Shown here: positions 27,870 through 38,075 of the stretch, piece after piece | Layout of the letters: every line of letters starts with the position of its first letter | Position numbering within the stretch: position 1 is the stretch's first letter | Virus record (IMG/VR): IMGVR_UViG_2609460236_000001 | Span: 15,766-79,765 of that record | From: a virus | Taxonomy: Duplodnaviria > Caudoviricetes | DNA length: 64,000 nucleotides | Strand: one strand, 5' to 3' | Made by a program: the position numbers and the translations under genes | Notes under the pieces: model-generated | Told to the model about the DNA's origin: nothing | What the model saw: the letters and a program-made list of their open reading frames with translations, nothing else | The model's database searches: none

Positions 27870-28410
27870 TCGAAGACTCTTGTGTGGTGGTGGACGCAGC
27901 GTCATCGTCGGAGCGACGAGTGGTGACTACGCTGCGCAGGCGTTCCATGACCTCGGTGCGCTGATCCGGCGACATGCACTCTTCCATGATGCTCAGGACG
28001 GTGTCTTGGAAGTCGCGGATCTGCTTGATCCCCAACGCGCGCTCACGAGCTGTCACCAGACGTTCGAGGAGGCTGGTCGCCGTGCGGAAGTACGCCATGC
28101 GCTCCGTCTGATCGGATTGAGGGATGGTCTTGCCGTAGTTCTTCAGGTCGGTGAAGACTCGATACAGGTCGATGTCGAGACTCGAATCGATCTGGTCCTC
28201 GGTGATCTCGAAATCCGCTATGTCGACCTTCTTTTGTTCAGGTTGAACCTGACGATGAATCAGGTTCGAGATCACTTTCTTGAAATCGACACCGTAGGGG
28301 CATGCTTCATCGGCGAGGTAGGCCGCGTTCTCCGTGGCCAAGGTAAGGATCATCTTGATCGACCACTCGACATGATCAGTAATGACCGGATAATGAAAGT
28401 CGTTGCTCAT
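27859..28410 (-). CDS. helical hypothetical protein, possible terminase small subunit
   Basis: adjacent but divergent to terL and overlapping the primase start; function inferred from position only. Confidence 0.4.
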   Translation of the reverse strand: MSNDFHYPVITDHVEWSIKMILTLATENAAYLADEACPYGVDFKKVISNLIHRQVQPEQKKVDIADFEITEDQIDSSLDIDLYRVFTDLKNYGKTIPQSDQTERMAYFRTATSLLERLVTARERALGIKQIRDFQDTVLSIMEECMSPDQRTEVMERLRSVVTTRRSDDDAASTTTQESSNEN

Positions 28411-28615
28411 AGGGTTCTCGCTGAAGAGGAGTGCAAGGATACCGGCCTGCCTCTCCGCGAAGAATGGAAATCACGACGTCTATCTGCTAAATGCTCGCCT
28501 CTATCATCTGATACCCGCTCAAGGGACAACAACAGCTCAATTCATCAGATTTTCTTTGTGCTCCGATGACTGGCCGCGTAAGAATAACGCCTGCTTAGAT
28601 GGCCGAATCATCTCC

Positions 28616-30400
28616 ATGCCAAACCAGTATCTCCAACAGCTCTACGAACGCGCAGCGAACCGCTGGTCGAAAGACCGCGCGTCGATGACGTATGGCGACT
28701 GGATCTGCGAGAACACCACGCACAACGACAGAGCCTTCTCGTTCAAGCGTTACCCCTTCCAGAAGCAGATCGCGGACGACATGCACGACAACCTCGACTG
28801 CATCAAGCCGTCGCAGGTTGGTCTGACCGAAGTGCAGATCCGCAAGGTGCTCGCGTTCATAGCTCGCAACCGTGGCGTAAACGTCATCTACACGCTGCCC
28901 GACGAGACTATGATGGAGCGTATCTCGGTCGGCCGCGTTCGACCGCTCGTCGACGAGGAACACGCATTCAACCTTGAATCCCTCGGTGGCAAGAAGCCGA
29001 CGCGCACTAAAGAAATCATTCAGGTCGGCAAGAGCTTCCTCTACCTCACCGCTGCCGGCGAAGGGGCCGCGACATCCATCTCCGCAGACATGGTCGTGAA
29101 CGACGAAGTGGACTTGACCGACCAGTCGATGCTTGCCCTCTTCAACTCGCGACTTCAAGGCTCGGACTGGAAACTGAACCACCGATTTTCGACGCCGACC
29201 TTCCAGGACTACGGCATCGACCAGACATTCAAGGTCAGCGACCAGCACGAGTACATGCTCAAGTGTGCTTGCTGCAACCACTGGCAGGTGCCCGACTTCG
29301 AGCGCCCGTTCGTCCGAATCCCTGGCCTTCCTGACAGTCTCGACTTCGAGGAAATCGACGAAGCGATGATCGACGCCGGCGCGATCGACCTCGACGCCGC
29401 CTCGATCCACTGCGAGCACTGCGGTGCGCCCCTGAACCTTGGTAACCATGAGCGCCGTGCATGGGTGCCAAAGTACCCGCAACGCAAGCATGCGCGCGGC
29501 TACCGCGTGCGCGCCTTCTCTACCGAGCGCCTACCGCCCAAGTACATCCTGCGGCAGCTCTTCATCTACAAGCGCAAGGACTTCATCCGAGGCTGGTACA
29601 ACACCGTGCTTGGGCGCTCCCACACCGGGGGCGACCAACGCCTGAACGACGCGGATATCAACGCAGCCTTCACCGAGTTCCAGCTGGTCCGTCCGTCGAG
29701 CAACACGATGCCGGCGTGGCTCGGCATCGACATCGGCCAGACCTGCCACATCGTCGTCGGCGAGGGCTACGACGTGTCGTCGATCCACGTGGTCGAGTTC
29801 CTGACCGTGCCAGTCGGCCGCTTGCTGGAGGAGATCGCACGCATCCTGACCGCGTATCGCCTCGTTGCCGGTGGCTGTGACCGTCACCCGTACACACCGA
29901 CCGCCGAGGCGGTGCGTGACGTGTCACATCGCCGCGTCCTGCCGAACGAGTACCGTGGCTCCAAGGAAATCAATCTCGTCAAGGACCCTGCCGGCGAGAT
30001 CACGCACATGCAGTCCAACCGGACGCTGCTCCTCGACGAAGTGGCCCGAGCCATCCGGCTGCGCAAGATCAAGTTCTCCGGTTACGGGACGCACCGCTCG
30101 GCGATCGTTGAGCACCTGAAAGACATGGTTCGCAATGAAGAACCAGAGAAAGAAGCGGAATGGAAGAAACTGAACGGCAACGATCACTTCTTCCATGCGT
30201 TGGGTTTCATGTTGTCTGCCGTGAAGCTGCACACCACCAACGCATCCGCCCTTTTCAACACGGAAACGCGCAGCGTCATCCAGATCGTCGGCGCGACCGT
30301 GGGCATGAACGAGACCAGTCAACTCATGCTGGCCAATACCAAACACACCACTGGCAACTTGATCTATGGCAACGACCACCACCCCCAACTCTTCTTCTAA
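28616..30400 (+). CDS. terL: terminase large subunit (lambda gpA-like)
   Basis: IKPSQVGLTE, DEVD, FSTPT, CxxC..CxxC insert, GIDIG nuclease motif; start MPNQYL. Confidence 0.9.
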   Translation: MPNQYLQQLYERAANRWSKDRASMTYGDWICENTTHNDRAFSFKRYPFQKQIADDMHDNLDCIKPSQVGLTEVQIRKVLAFIARNRGVNVIYTLPDETMMERISVGRVRPLVDEEHAFNLESLGGKKPTRTKEIIQVGKSFLYLTAAGEGAATSISADMVVNDEVDLTDQSMLALFNSRLQGSDWKLNHRFSTPTFQDYGIDQTFKVSDQHEYMLKCACCNHWQVPDFERPFVRIPGLPDSLDFEEIDEAMIDAGAIDLDAASIHCEHCGAPLNLGNHERRAWVPKYPQRKHARGYRVRAFSTERLPPKYILRQLFIYKRKDFIRGWYNTVLGRSHTGGDQRLNDADINAAFTEFQLVRPSSNTMPAWLGIDIGQTCHIVVGEGYDVSSIHVVEFLTVPVGRLLEEIARILTAYRLVAGGCDRHPYTPTAEAVRDVSHRRVLPNEYRGSKEINLVKDPAGEITHMQSNRTLLLDEVARAIRLRKIKFSGYGTHRSAIVEHLKDMVRNEEPEKEAEWKKLNGNDHFFHALGFMLSAVKLHTTNASALFNTETRSVIQIVGATVGMNETSQLMLANTKHTTGNLIYGNDHHPQLFF

Positions 30401-31949
30401 GGGAATCGGCGGGGCGCTCGGCGCGGCGCTCTCCATTATCCTGCCGCGTCGCTCTGCGAAGGGCGGCATGTCGATGCCTGGCACTTATAACCCGAGCGCG
30501 CCGACTCAGCTGCTCACGATGCCGACGTATCGTGAGCACTTGACCGACATCTTTAGCTCGCGCACAGCGAACGATTCGCGCACGCTGATCAAGACCCTGC
30601 TCGTCCAGGACCCGGACGTGTCGGCTGCAGCCAACGCCTATCTGACCGTGGCCAATACCGACCTGATGGCAGTCGTCTACGACGTGAACGGGATGATCGA
30701 CCGCGACGGCCAGAAGATCCTCAACGCAGTGATGCAGGGCTACGAGGTCCGAAACGACTACTCCAAGGGCTTTGACTTCAGGCCGTCGTTCAAGGAACTG
30801 GCCGAGAACTTCCGGTACATGATCCTCGCGGGCGGATCGTTGCCGTGCGAAATGGTGCTTGACAAGACCTTCGTGCCGACCGAATTTCGCATGCTCGATC
30901 CCAAGACCCTCTGGTGGATCGAACCTCAACCGGGTGTCTTCACGCCTGAGCAACGCACGTCGGCGGGTGACACCATCGACCTGACCATTCCGACGTTCTT
31001 CTGTAAGTTCTTCCGGCGTGACCCGACGACGATCTACACCTACTCGCCGTTTGTTTCCGCGATCAACACGATCGCCGGCCGGCAGCAGGTGATCAACGAC
31101 CTGTACCGGATCATGCAGTTGACCGGATACCCGCGTCTCGAAGTGAAGGTGCTGGAAGACGTCATCACGCGCAATGCGCCTCTCGACACGAAAGCCAACC
31201 CCGTCAAGTTGCAGCAATACGTCGCAAGTGTGCTAAACGGGATCAGTGGCCAGATCGCGAACATCAGACCGGATCAGGCGTTCATCCATACGGACTCGTC
31301 AGAGGTAAAGATGATCAACGACAAGGCGCCGGGGATGGGTATCGACATCTCGTCGATCATAGAGACGCTGAACGCACAGAATCAAGCCGGCCTGCGCACG
31401 ATGGGGACTATTCTCGGTCGAGGCAACGCTGGCGTGAACACAGCCTCGGTCGAAGCGCGTCTCTTCAGCATGACGGCCGAAGAGATCAACCAGCCGATCG
31501 CTGACCTGTTCTCGGACATGTTGACGCTTGCGATCCGCCTGCAAGGATCGCAGTCCCGCGTAGTGTGCAAGTTCCGCCCTGCCGAGATGCGCCCGCTTAC
31601 CGAACTGGAACCACAGCTCACGATGCGTGCGTCGCGCCTGAAGGCCGACCTGTCGCTGGGCATCATCGACGATGACGAGTACCACCTTGAGATGTACGGA
31701 CGCATTCGACCCGACTCAGCCCCAATCCTCAGTGGTACGAACTTCATGCCTGGAACGAACGCCCAGGCCATGACCGCTCAAGACAGTCTTGACCAGCCGA
31801 ACGCTGGTGGTTCTGGAGGAGCGTCTGGAAAGACGAACGGCCCGCACGGCCCTGACGTCAGCAAGGTCAGCCCCAACTCCGACCCGCTCGGCCGGTCGCT
31901 TTCTTCAAAAGGCTCAAAGTCTGCCGCGAGTAACGCGGTGAAGCCCTAA
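30366..31949 (+). CDS. portal protein
   Basis: 527 aa immediately after terL; size and position. Confidence 0.8.
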   Translation: MATTTTPNSSSKGIGGALGAALSIILPRRSAKGGMSMPGTYNPSAPTQLLTMPTYREHLTDIFSSRTANDSRTLIKTLLVQDPDVSAAANAYLTVANTDLMAVVYDVNGMIDRDGQKILNAVMQGYEVRNDYSKGFDFRPSFKELAENFRYMILAGGSLPCEMVLDKTFVPTEFRMLDPKTLWWIEPQPGVFTPEQRTSAGDTIDLTIPTFFCKFFRRDPTTIYTYSPFVSAINTIAGRQQVINDLYRIMQLTGYPRLEVKVLEDVITRNAPLDTKANPVKLQQYVASVLNGISGQIANIRPDQAFIHTDSSEVKMINDKAPGMGIDISSIIETLNAQNQAGLRTMGTILGRGNAGVNTASVEARLFSMTAEEINQPIADLFSDMLTLAIRLQGSQSRVVCKFRPAEMRPLTELEPQLTMRASRLKADLSLGIIDDDEYHLEMYGRIRPDSAPILSGTNFMPGTNAQAMTAQDSLDQPNAGGSGGASGKTNGPHGPDVSKVSPNSDPLGRSLSSKGSKSAASNAVKP

Positions 31950-31985
31950 AAACTCTTTGACTCTCATTTAGCTGGTCGAAATAAT
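31948..31985 (+). promoter_or_regulatory. sigma70-like promoter TTGACT-N17-AATAAT
   Basis: preceded by AAAAACTCT; upstream of the head genes. Confidence 0.65.
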
Positions 31986-32028
31986 ACGGGCTACATTCAC
32001 CGGGCAGCATTAAAAGCACCAAACTGGC

Positions 32029-33156
32029 ATGGCTAAGAGCGTTCCGATCACACAAAGAATTCAGAATCTGATCACCCGCAATAGCGGGGGTGATCAGGTC
32101 GACTTCAGCGCGATCGTCGTGTTCGAGGCCTCGGTCACTAACACGCGCCCGTTGACGAAGCCCGGTTCGATTTTCGACAAAGGCCAGATCCAGGTCGACA
32201 CGCTCAACCAGATGGCCAGCTACCTCAACAGTGGCGGCTTCGTCCCCCTTCAGACCCTTCACCCGAACGGAGACGAACTCCCCCTCGGTCGTTTTTTCTA
32301 CGGTGAAGTCCTCCCGTCGACGCTCGGTGACGGATCGAGCGAACTGGTCTGTCTTTTCTACTTGCCGAAAGACGACTCGAATGTCCCTAAGCTCGAAAAC
32401 GGAATTATCGACGAAGTCAGCGTCGGTTTTGTCGGTCAACAACTGCTCTGTTCGAAATGCAGCTGGGACTGGCGCGGTCCGGAAGCCAGCTTCTCAAACT
32501 TCTACGACCGCGTGTGCGGGAATGATCACGTGCTCGGCGAAGACGGCGCGTATCTGAAGATCAACGGGCTGGATCGCTGGACTGAAACATCGCTCGTGTC
32601 GAAAGGCGCGGCGAACAACGCGAAGATCTTGGGCCGCACGAAGCAGCGGCTCGGCCAAGAGCAGTACGACCGCTTGGCAGCTTCGGGCGTCGCACCCGAG
32701 CATTTGATGCTGATTGCCACCACCACCACATCCCCTCGGAGTCCGAAGACGATGGATAAGGAACTGATCGAAGAACTGGCCAACCTGAAGGCTGGCCAAA
32801 AGATCCACGAACACACGATTTCGCTGAAAGACGCAGAAATCACGGCGCTCAAGACGACCAACGAGGCGTTGAGCACCGAGAACAAGACGCTGAAGGAAGG
32901 CACCGAGCTGAAGGCTGCGCAAACCTCGCTGGCCGAGTCGCAAGCGAAGGTGACGGAGCTGGAAGCTTCGGCAAAGACTGCTGAAACCGAGGTCGCCGAT
33001 CTGAAGGCGAAGCTCGCGACCGCAGAAGCGCAGGTTGAAGTCCTGAAGGCGGGCGCTGGCAACGGCGGCCGCTCACAAGGTTCCGACACCGGCACTGGTG
33101 CAACGAAGGGGACGACGCTTCACGCGTCGAGCGCGTTCAAGTCCGCGCCGCGTTAA
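32029..33156 (+). CDS. prohead protease with C-terminal scaffold
   Basis: LH, EVSVGF, ETSLV protease-like motifs; coiled-coil C-terminal third. Confidence 0.8.
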   Translation: MAKSVPITQRIQNLITRNSGGDQVDFSAIVVFEASVTNTRPLTKPGSIFDKGQIQVDTLNQMASYLNSGGFVPLQTLHPNGDELPLGRFFYGEVLPSTLGDGSSELVCLFYLPKDDSNVPKLENGIIDEVSVGFVGQQLLCSKCSWDWRGPEASFSNFYDRVCGNDHVLGEDGAYLKINGLDRWTETSLVSKGAANNAKILGRTKQRLGQEQYDRLAASGVAPEHLMLIATTTTSPRSPKTMDKELIEELANLKAGQKIHEHTISLKDAEITALKTTNEALSTENKTLKEGTELKAAQTSLAESQAKVTELEASAKTAETEVADLKAKLATAEAQVEVLKAGAGNGGRSQGSDTGTGATKGTTLHASSAFKSAPR

Positions 33157-33183
33157 GCGAACCCGCAACACGAGAGGTAATTC

Positions 33184-33606
33184 ATGAGCAACGCTATCGG
33201 TAACGGCGTCTCCCTTCGTGGTCTCTACGATGAGGATTCGCAGTATCCGTTCAACTTGGCCGCAGGCATCAAGAAAGGCCAGGACGAAGGCAAGGCCGTC
33301 TCGATCGACCCGACCGCGCCGAACACGGTGAAGCTGGCCGGCGACGGCGACCTGCTGGCCGGCCGACTTGAAACGATCGAAAACCGCGTGGCCGAAGGCC
33401 TGAACGTGGGCACGGTCTCGCTGGAAGGTGGCCTCGACTTCTTGGTCAAAGCGGGCTACGCCGCGACGCCGGGTGACCGCCTCGTCGGCGGTGGCGGCGG
33501 CACGGTTCGCAAGGCAGACCCTGCGAAGGACGCATTCGCTGGCTACTCGCCCTGGTGCGTCGTCGAAGTGCTGGCCAGCGGCAACGTGGTCGCCATCGAG
33601 CTGTAA
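33184..33606 (+). CDS. head decoration / capsid cement protein
   Basis: 140 aa Gly-rich protein between scaffold and capsid. Confidence 0.65.
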   Translation: MSNAIGNGVSLRGLYDEDSQYPFNLAAGIKKGQDEGKAVSIDPTAPNTVKLAGDGDLLAGRLETIENRVAEGLNVGTVSLEGGLDFLVKAGYAATPGDRLVGGGGGTVRKADPAKDAFAGYSPWCVVEVLASGNVVAIEL

Positions 33607-33613
33607 AGAACGG

Positions 33614-33704
33614 CGGCAGATGACCTCGCCCACCACCGGGGTCATCTGCTGGAAAAGCTGCAAAACCCTCGTCAGTTCCGACCACCACCGGGCTGACGAG
33701 GGTT
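33614..33704 (+). promoter_or_regulatory. twin RNA hairpins presenting CACCAC loops in the capsid leader
   Basis: GCAGATGACC/GGTCATCTGC and AACCCTCGTCAG/CTGACGAGGGTT stems with CCCACCAC and ACCACCAC loops. Confidence 0.7.
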
Positions 33705-33731
33705 CAAAAACAACTGACAACGGATCAAAAC

Positions 33732-34925
33732 ATGGCAGATCTGATCGACATCGAACGCAAGGCCCCTGCGGAGGTACTTGCGAACCTCAAGCCGAGCGAC
33801 GCGCTCGACACCCAGCGCTCGGTCGACGCTGGCAAGCGCCTCGTCCGCCTCTCCGCCGACGCTGGCCTGAACCTGCGTGACTACCTCACGCTCGCGATCG
33901 ACCCGCGCAAGGCAGAGGACTCCGCACGCTACGAAGGTCTGAACGGCTACGAAGCCGCCCTCGCCTACCTGAACCTGCCAGTTCGCCAGGATCTGTCGCA
34001 AGGCGTCCTGCTGCAAGCCGCTTCGGAAACGTTCCAGACGTATCCCGGCACCCGCGCGATGTTCCCGGAAGTCATGGACGATATCCTGCGCTGGAAGAAC
34101 CGCCAGGACCAGATCGAGCAAGTCGCCCCGCTCGTCGCGCAGTCGCGCACGATCAACGGCACCGAGATGATCTCGACGTTCGTCGAAGACGATTCGAACG
34201 AGCGCACGACGCACACGATCCCGGAACTGGGCCGCATCCCGGTTCGCACGATCCGCACGTCACAACAGACGGTCGGCATCTTCAAACACGGCTCGGGCTA
34301 TCGTACCTCGTACGAATTCAACCGCCGTGCATCGCTCGACATCATGACGCCGTTTGCAGCCCGCGTCGGCCGCGAACTGGAGATCTCGAAGGTGCGTGCC
34401 GCGACGGCCATCCTGATCAACGGCGACGGCGTCAACGGTGCAGCCAGCGCGGTCAAGGTGTCGGATTTCGGTGGCGACGCCAGCAAGGCGTTCTCGTCGA
34501 ACTACAAGGCGCTCGCGAAGTGGCTCATGGCCCGCGCCAAGGCCGGTTACCCGATCGACACGATCATCGGCAACTACGACATGTTCGTGGAACTGCTGTT
34601 CATGTTCCAGCCGGTGACGGGCATCTCGGGCGCGCACGCGACCGACATCGAAGCGCTGGTCGCACAAGGCACGCCGAAGATCAACACGCAGGTGCCGATC
34701 CTCAACCAGTCGGTGAACTTCCACCTGTCGTCGGCAGTGCCGGAAGGCAAGCTGGTCGGCTTCACGAAGGCTGAAACGCTGGAAGAGCTGATCGAAGCCG
34801 GCTCGAACATCTCGGAAAACGAGCGTTCGATCCTCAACCAGTCGATCACCTACGTTCGTACGGAAAACACCGGCTACAAGCTGGCGTTCCCGGACACGCG
34901 CCAAGTCCTCGACGTGACGGCGTAA
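33732..34925 (+). CDS. major capsid protein
   Basis: 397 aa, strongly biased codon usage, position, followed by a terminator. Confidence 0.85.
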   Translation: MADLIDIERKAPAEVLANLKPSDALDTQRSVDAGKRLVRLSADAGLNLRDYLTLAIDPRKAEDSARYEGLNGYEAALAYLNLPVRQDLSQGVLLQAASETFQTYPGTRAMFPEVMDDILRWKNRQDQIEQVAPLVAQSRTINGTEMISTFVEDDSNERTTHTIPELGRIPVRTIRTSQQTVGIFKHGSGYRTSYEFNRRASLDIMTPFAARVGRELEISKVRAATAILINGDGVNGAASAVKVSDFGGDASKAFSSNYKALAKWLMARAKAGYPIDTIIGNYDMFVELLFMFQPVTGISGAHATDIEALVAQGTPKINTQVPILNQSVNFHLSSAVPEGKLVGFTKAETLEELIEAGSNISENERSILNQSITYVRTENTGYKLAFPDTRQVLDVTA

Positions 34926-34944
34926 GCCTCCGGTTGAGAGCCTG

Positions 34945-34974
34945 AAAGCCCGCCCCTCTCGGGCGGGCTTTTTT
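34945..34974 (+). terminator. intrinsic terminator
   Basis: AGCCCGCCC/GGGCGGGCT plus T-tract. Confidence 0.9.
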
Positions 34975-34992
34975 ATGCCCTTTCATAGATAG

Positions 34993-35328
34993 ATGATGAA
35001 GATGAAGAAGATCCTCGCACACACCACTGGCAAGTTCATGTTGCTCGACGGCATGAGCGGCGACGAACTGGACGCGTTCCGCCCTTCGGTCGTTCGTCAA
35101 ACCCCGTTCATCAACACTCGTGTCGGTCTGAATCAGGTTGAGATCGTCGCGGAACTGAAGCCCGAGGCCACCGACGCCGAATACGTCCGCTTCTTGAAGG
35201 AAGCGGACGGCGACTTCGACGTCGCCAACGAATCCTTCCTCGCGGTGTATGGCATCGACGCAGAGCCGACCGAGGCGGGTGAAGACGCCGAAGCCGCACC
35301 GGCAACGTCCCGTCGTCGTCGCTCGTAA
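34993..35328 (+). CDS. hypothetical virion-module protein
   Basis: ORF after capsid. Confidence 0.65.
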   Translation: MMKMKKILAHTTGKFMLLDGMSGDELDAFRPSVVRQTPFINTRVGLNQVEIVAELKPEATDAEYVRFLKEADGDFDVANESFLAVYGIDAEPTEAGEDAEAAPATSRRRRS

Positions 35329-35339
35329 GGAGACGCGCC

Positions 35340-36068
35340 ATGCAGTGGTTCCAGGCTGGTGAAGACCTCACCTTCGAAGTTGAGCTAATGGCCAGTGGCG
35401 TTCAGGCCCAGCCTGACGCCGGCTCCGTGACGTACACCGTGCGTGATCAGAGCGGCGCTGTCCTGGCCGGCCTGGACCACGCTGTGCTCGACGTACCGGG
35501 CACGACCGCCCATATCCTGCTACCGGCGAGCGCGAACGGTATCGCCGCGGGAAACGACACCGAGACCCGCTTCGTCTCCCTCGCCTTCAAGACCTCGGGA
35601 CAGAGCCGTCAGCAGCAGGTGGCCTATGGCCTGCACCCCTTCATCCCGATGAGCGCCGATGCGGACGCTGTACGCGGTCTGATGGGGGTTTCCGTCGACG
35701 AGCTACCCGACGAGGCGATCGAGTTGATCCCGGCGTATTACTCGCTGCGCGCCGACTATGGTGCTGACTTCACGAACGCCCTGGTCGTCGGCGACAGCCG
35801 CACGCGCTCGGCCGCAAACCGCGCCCTCGCCGCGCGCACTGCGATTGATGCGCTGCCCTCCTTCCAGCTTCGGCTCGTGCAGTCGAAACAGGTTGAGAAC
35901 TCGAACTTCTCCCGCTGGGACTGGGTCGACCTCGACAAGCTGAAGGAAGACCTCACAACTCAACTCGGCGCGAGCCTTGCGCAACTGAGCGACACACTGG
36001 CCCGAACCGTCGCCGTGACGCCGACGATCTTCGTGGTCTCCGCCCCTACTGACCCGGTGACAGGCTAG
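35340..36068 (+). CDS. putative head-tail adaptor
   Basis: AAGGAG SD; position. Confidence 0.55.
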   Translation: MQWFQAGEDLTFEVELMASGVQAQPDAGSVTYTVRDQSGAVLAGLDHAVLDVPGTTAHILLPASANGIAAGNDTETRFVSLAFKTSGQSRQQQVAYGLHPFIPMSADADAVRGLMGVSVDELPDEAIELIPAYYSLRADYGADFTNALVVGDSRTRSAANRALAARTAIDALPSFQLRLVQSKQVENSNFSRWDWVDLDKLKEDLTTQLGASLAQLSDTLARTVAVTPTIFVVSAPTDPVTG

Positions 36069-36070
36069 TC

Positions 36071-36589
36071 ATGACCACTCTACCGCAGCTCACCCGAATC
36101 CTCGTGAACGTATCGCGGGGCAACGCCAAGGTGTACGGGATCGTCTCTTCACCGTCCGCGAAGTCCTCGTCGGAGCAGTTCACGACGCCGCAGCGCATGC
36201 TTCATGTGCGCCGTGGCTCTGTAGCCAACCCAGGCGACACGGTCAACGACCTCGGCTTCTACTACGTCCTCGGGGATTTCAGCCGAACGGCCAACGATGC
36301 GATCTTGCGCATGTTTCATCTCCCGTTCAACGGAGATGTCCAACGAATTTCACACCAGACTGACCCCGTTTCCGGCTTCGCGCGCAACGAAACGATATCG
36401 ACGATCGGAAAGACGTGGTACGACGTTCGCCCCCTCGGCCAGACCACTGACGTCAGCAACTCCAAGCGTCAGCGCTATCGCATCATCACCGGGTTCCCGT
36501 TGCAAGAGGGCGACCTGATCGGGCCGAGCAACTATCGCATCTCGAATGTGAAGTTCGAGCTGGGAGTTACCGTCGCCGAGGCGGAGTAA
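36071..36589 (+). CDS. putative head closure protein
   Basis: position. Confidence 0.5.
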   Translation: MTTLPQLTRILVNVSRGNAKVYGIVSSPSAKSSSEQFTTPQRMLHVRRGSVANPGDTVNDLGFYYVLGDFSRTANDAILRMFHLPFNGDVQRISHQTDPVSGFARNETISTIGKTWYDVRPLGQTTDVSNSKRQRYRIITGFPLQEGDLIGPSNYRISNVKFELGVTVAEAE

Positions 36590-37350
36590 TGGCAGACGTC
36601 AAGGCTGTTCAAGACAGCGTGATGCAGTTCGTCCAGAACTTCATCTTCCAAAACGTCACGAACATCCTTGCTGACTACGCCGACAAGGTCTCGCTGAAGA
36701 TCAAGGACGAGATCACGAAAAAGCTGAACTCGTTCTTCACCGATCTCGTCGGGACAGGTTCGATCGGCTCGTCCGAGCCACCTATGTGGCTCGATCAAGT
36801 CGGGGCACACTGGAACGAGCTGACTTACTTCTATCTCCATTACGAGAAGAATGATCACGTCAACTATTTCCAGTACAGCGTCCTCCCGCGCCGGGTGAAG
36901 AACAGCCCCGAGTCGCGTCGTATGCGCCGCAAGCACATCGGTGACGCCAAGCAGATGAAGAACTCCCTGCGTAACGAGCTGATGCGTCTGGGCAACCCAT
37001 CCCAGTATTTTGGCGAAGTCAAGGTGACGATCGACGCGACGCGCATACAGAGTCTCGGCCGCTACCCCGCCGGGACGATGCGCAATGGGGTCAAGGTGGG
37101 TGGACGATACTACAGCCGCCCGTCCGACACTGTCCGCATCGTAGTCGACTGGCTCCCGAGGCTTAACAACATGAACGTGTTGATCGCGAACATGGTCGAG
37201 CAGTACCTGCCTGAGACAAACAACCTCGCCGCGAAGCTGACAAACAACCGGCGAGGCGCATACCGCCCGCTGGTGAGCGCCTACATCCTCTGGTATCAGC
37301 AGAACATGATCTTTCCGATCATCAACCGAGCAGTTGAACCATACCTATGA
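36589..37350 (+). CDS. putative neck/tail-associated protein
   Basis: position, coupled. Confidence 0.5.
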   Translation: MADVKAVQDSVMQFVQNFIFQNVTNILADYADKVSLKIKDEITKKLNSFFTDLVGTGSIGSSEPPMWLDQVGAHWNELTYFYLHYEKNDHVNYFQYSVLPRRVKNSPESRRMRRKHIGDAKQMKNSLRNELMRLGNPSQYFGEVKVTIDATRIQSLGRYPAGTMRNGVKVGGRYYSRPSDTVRIVVDWLPRLNNMNVLIANMVEQYLPETNNLAAKLTNNRRGAYRPLVSAYILWYQQNMIFPIINRAVEPYL

Positions 37351-37808
37351 AAAGCGAAAACCTCTATGGCGATCACCTGTCGAGTCTCCTGAGATTCTGC
37401 GCAGACCAAGCGACCAACTTTCAGGCCTCGACGGGCATATCGCTTCAACCCGTCTTCTTCGACTCGTACAACGACTACGACAAGCTACCATCCGGCAACC
37501 TGATCGGAGTCGCGCAGTATTCACTCGACTTTGACGAACACCTGACGACGGTATCGGCTGTCGTCGGAGTCGCGACCGAGAACGATACGAACGACTTTAA
37601 TCTCACGCGAGTGATGAGCGCACTGGTTCAGCGGCTGCTACCGACGAAGTCGATCGACGTGCTCGATGCGTTGAAGGGGGACAAACTGGGGACGATGGTG
37701 GTGCAAAACGGCGTTCGTGTCTTGCCCGTAGGTGGTGGGTTGGGACGATCCATGAAGTGGGTGGCGTTCATGGCATCGTCCACGGTTACTGCGGATCTTT
37801 CTTCGTAA
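37347..37808 (+). CDS. putative tail terminator
   Basis: position before the major tail gene. Confidence 0.5.
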   Translation: MKSENLYGDHLSSLLRFCADQATNFQASTGISLQPVFFDSYNDYDKLPSGNLIGVAQYSLDFDEHLTTVSAVVGVATENDTNDFNLTRVMSALVQRLLPTKSIDVLDALKGDKLGTMVVQNGVRVLPVGGGLGRSMKWVAFMASSTVTADLSS

Positions 37809-37980
37809 TGCTGCTGATGAGCTTCCGATCGGCGCTCGTAGCATTGTCGATCGCGGTTTCAAGCAGATGGATGATCTCTGCATTCCGCGTTCGACGGTTA
37901 ACTCTCGCACGCTGCTTGATCTGAACATCGAGCGTGATGGGGATGCGTACCGTAAAGGCCTCGCGCTCTTCCAACTCCAT
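37786..37980 (-). CDS. Arc-family ribbon-helix-helix DNA-binding protein
   Basis: FTVRIP..L..QIK.RA..NRRTRNAEII..LE; GGAGG SD. Confidence 0.85.
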   Translation of the reverse strand: MELEEREAFTVRIPITLDVQIKQRARVNRRTRNAEIIHLLETAIDNATSADRKLISSITKKDPQ

Positions 37981-38004
37981 TGCGTGGTTCCTCCATATAC
38001 CAAT

Positions 38005-38041
38005 AAAAACCTTTGATTCGCGAAGGTATCACACGTAGGAT
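38005..38041 (+). promoter_or_regulatory. sigma70-like promoter TTGATT-N17-TAGGAT
   Basis: preceded by AAAAACCT; upstream of the major tail gene, divergent from arc-like gene. Confidence 0.6.
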
Positions 38042-38075
38042 CGCTCCACCAGAATTTTAAACCGGAGAACTAACG

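Noticed and set aside
28403-28615. N-terminal extension of terL given by the ORF track
   Set aside because: Covers the divergent intergenic control region; ATG 28616 is the more plausible start
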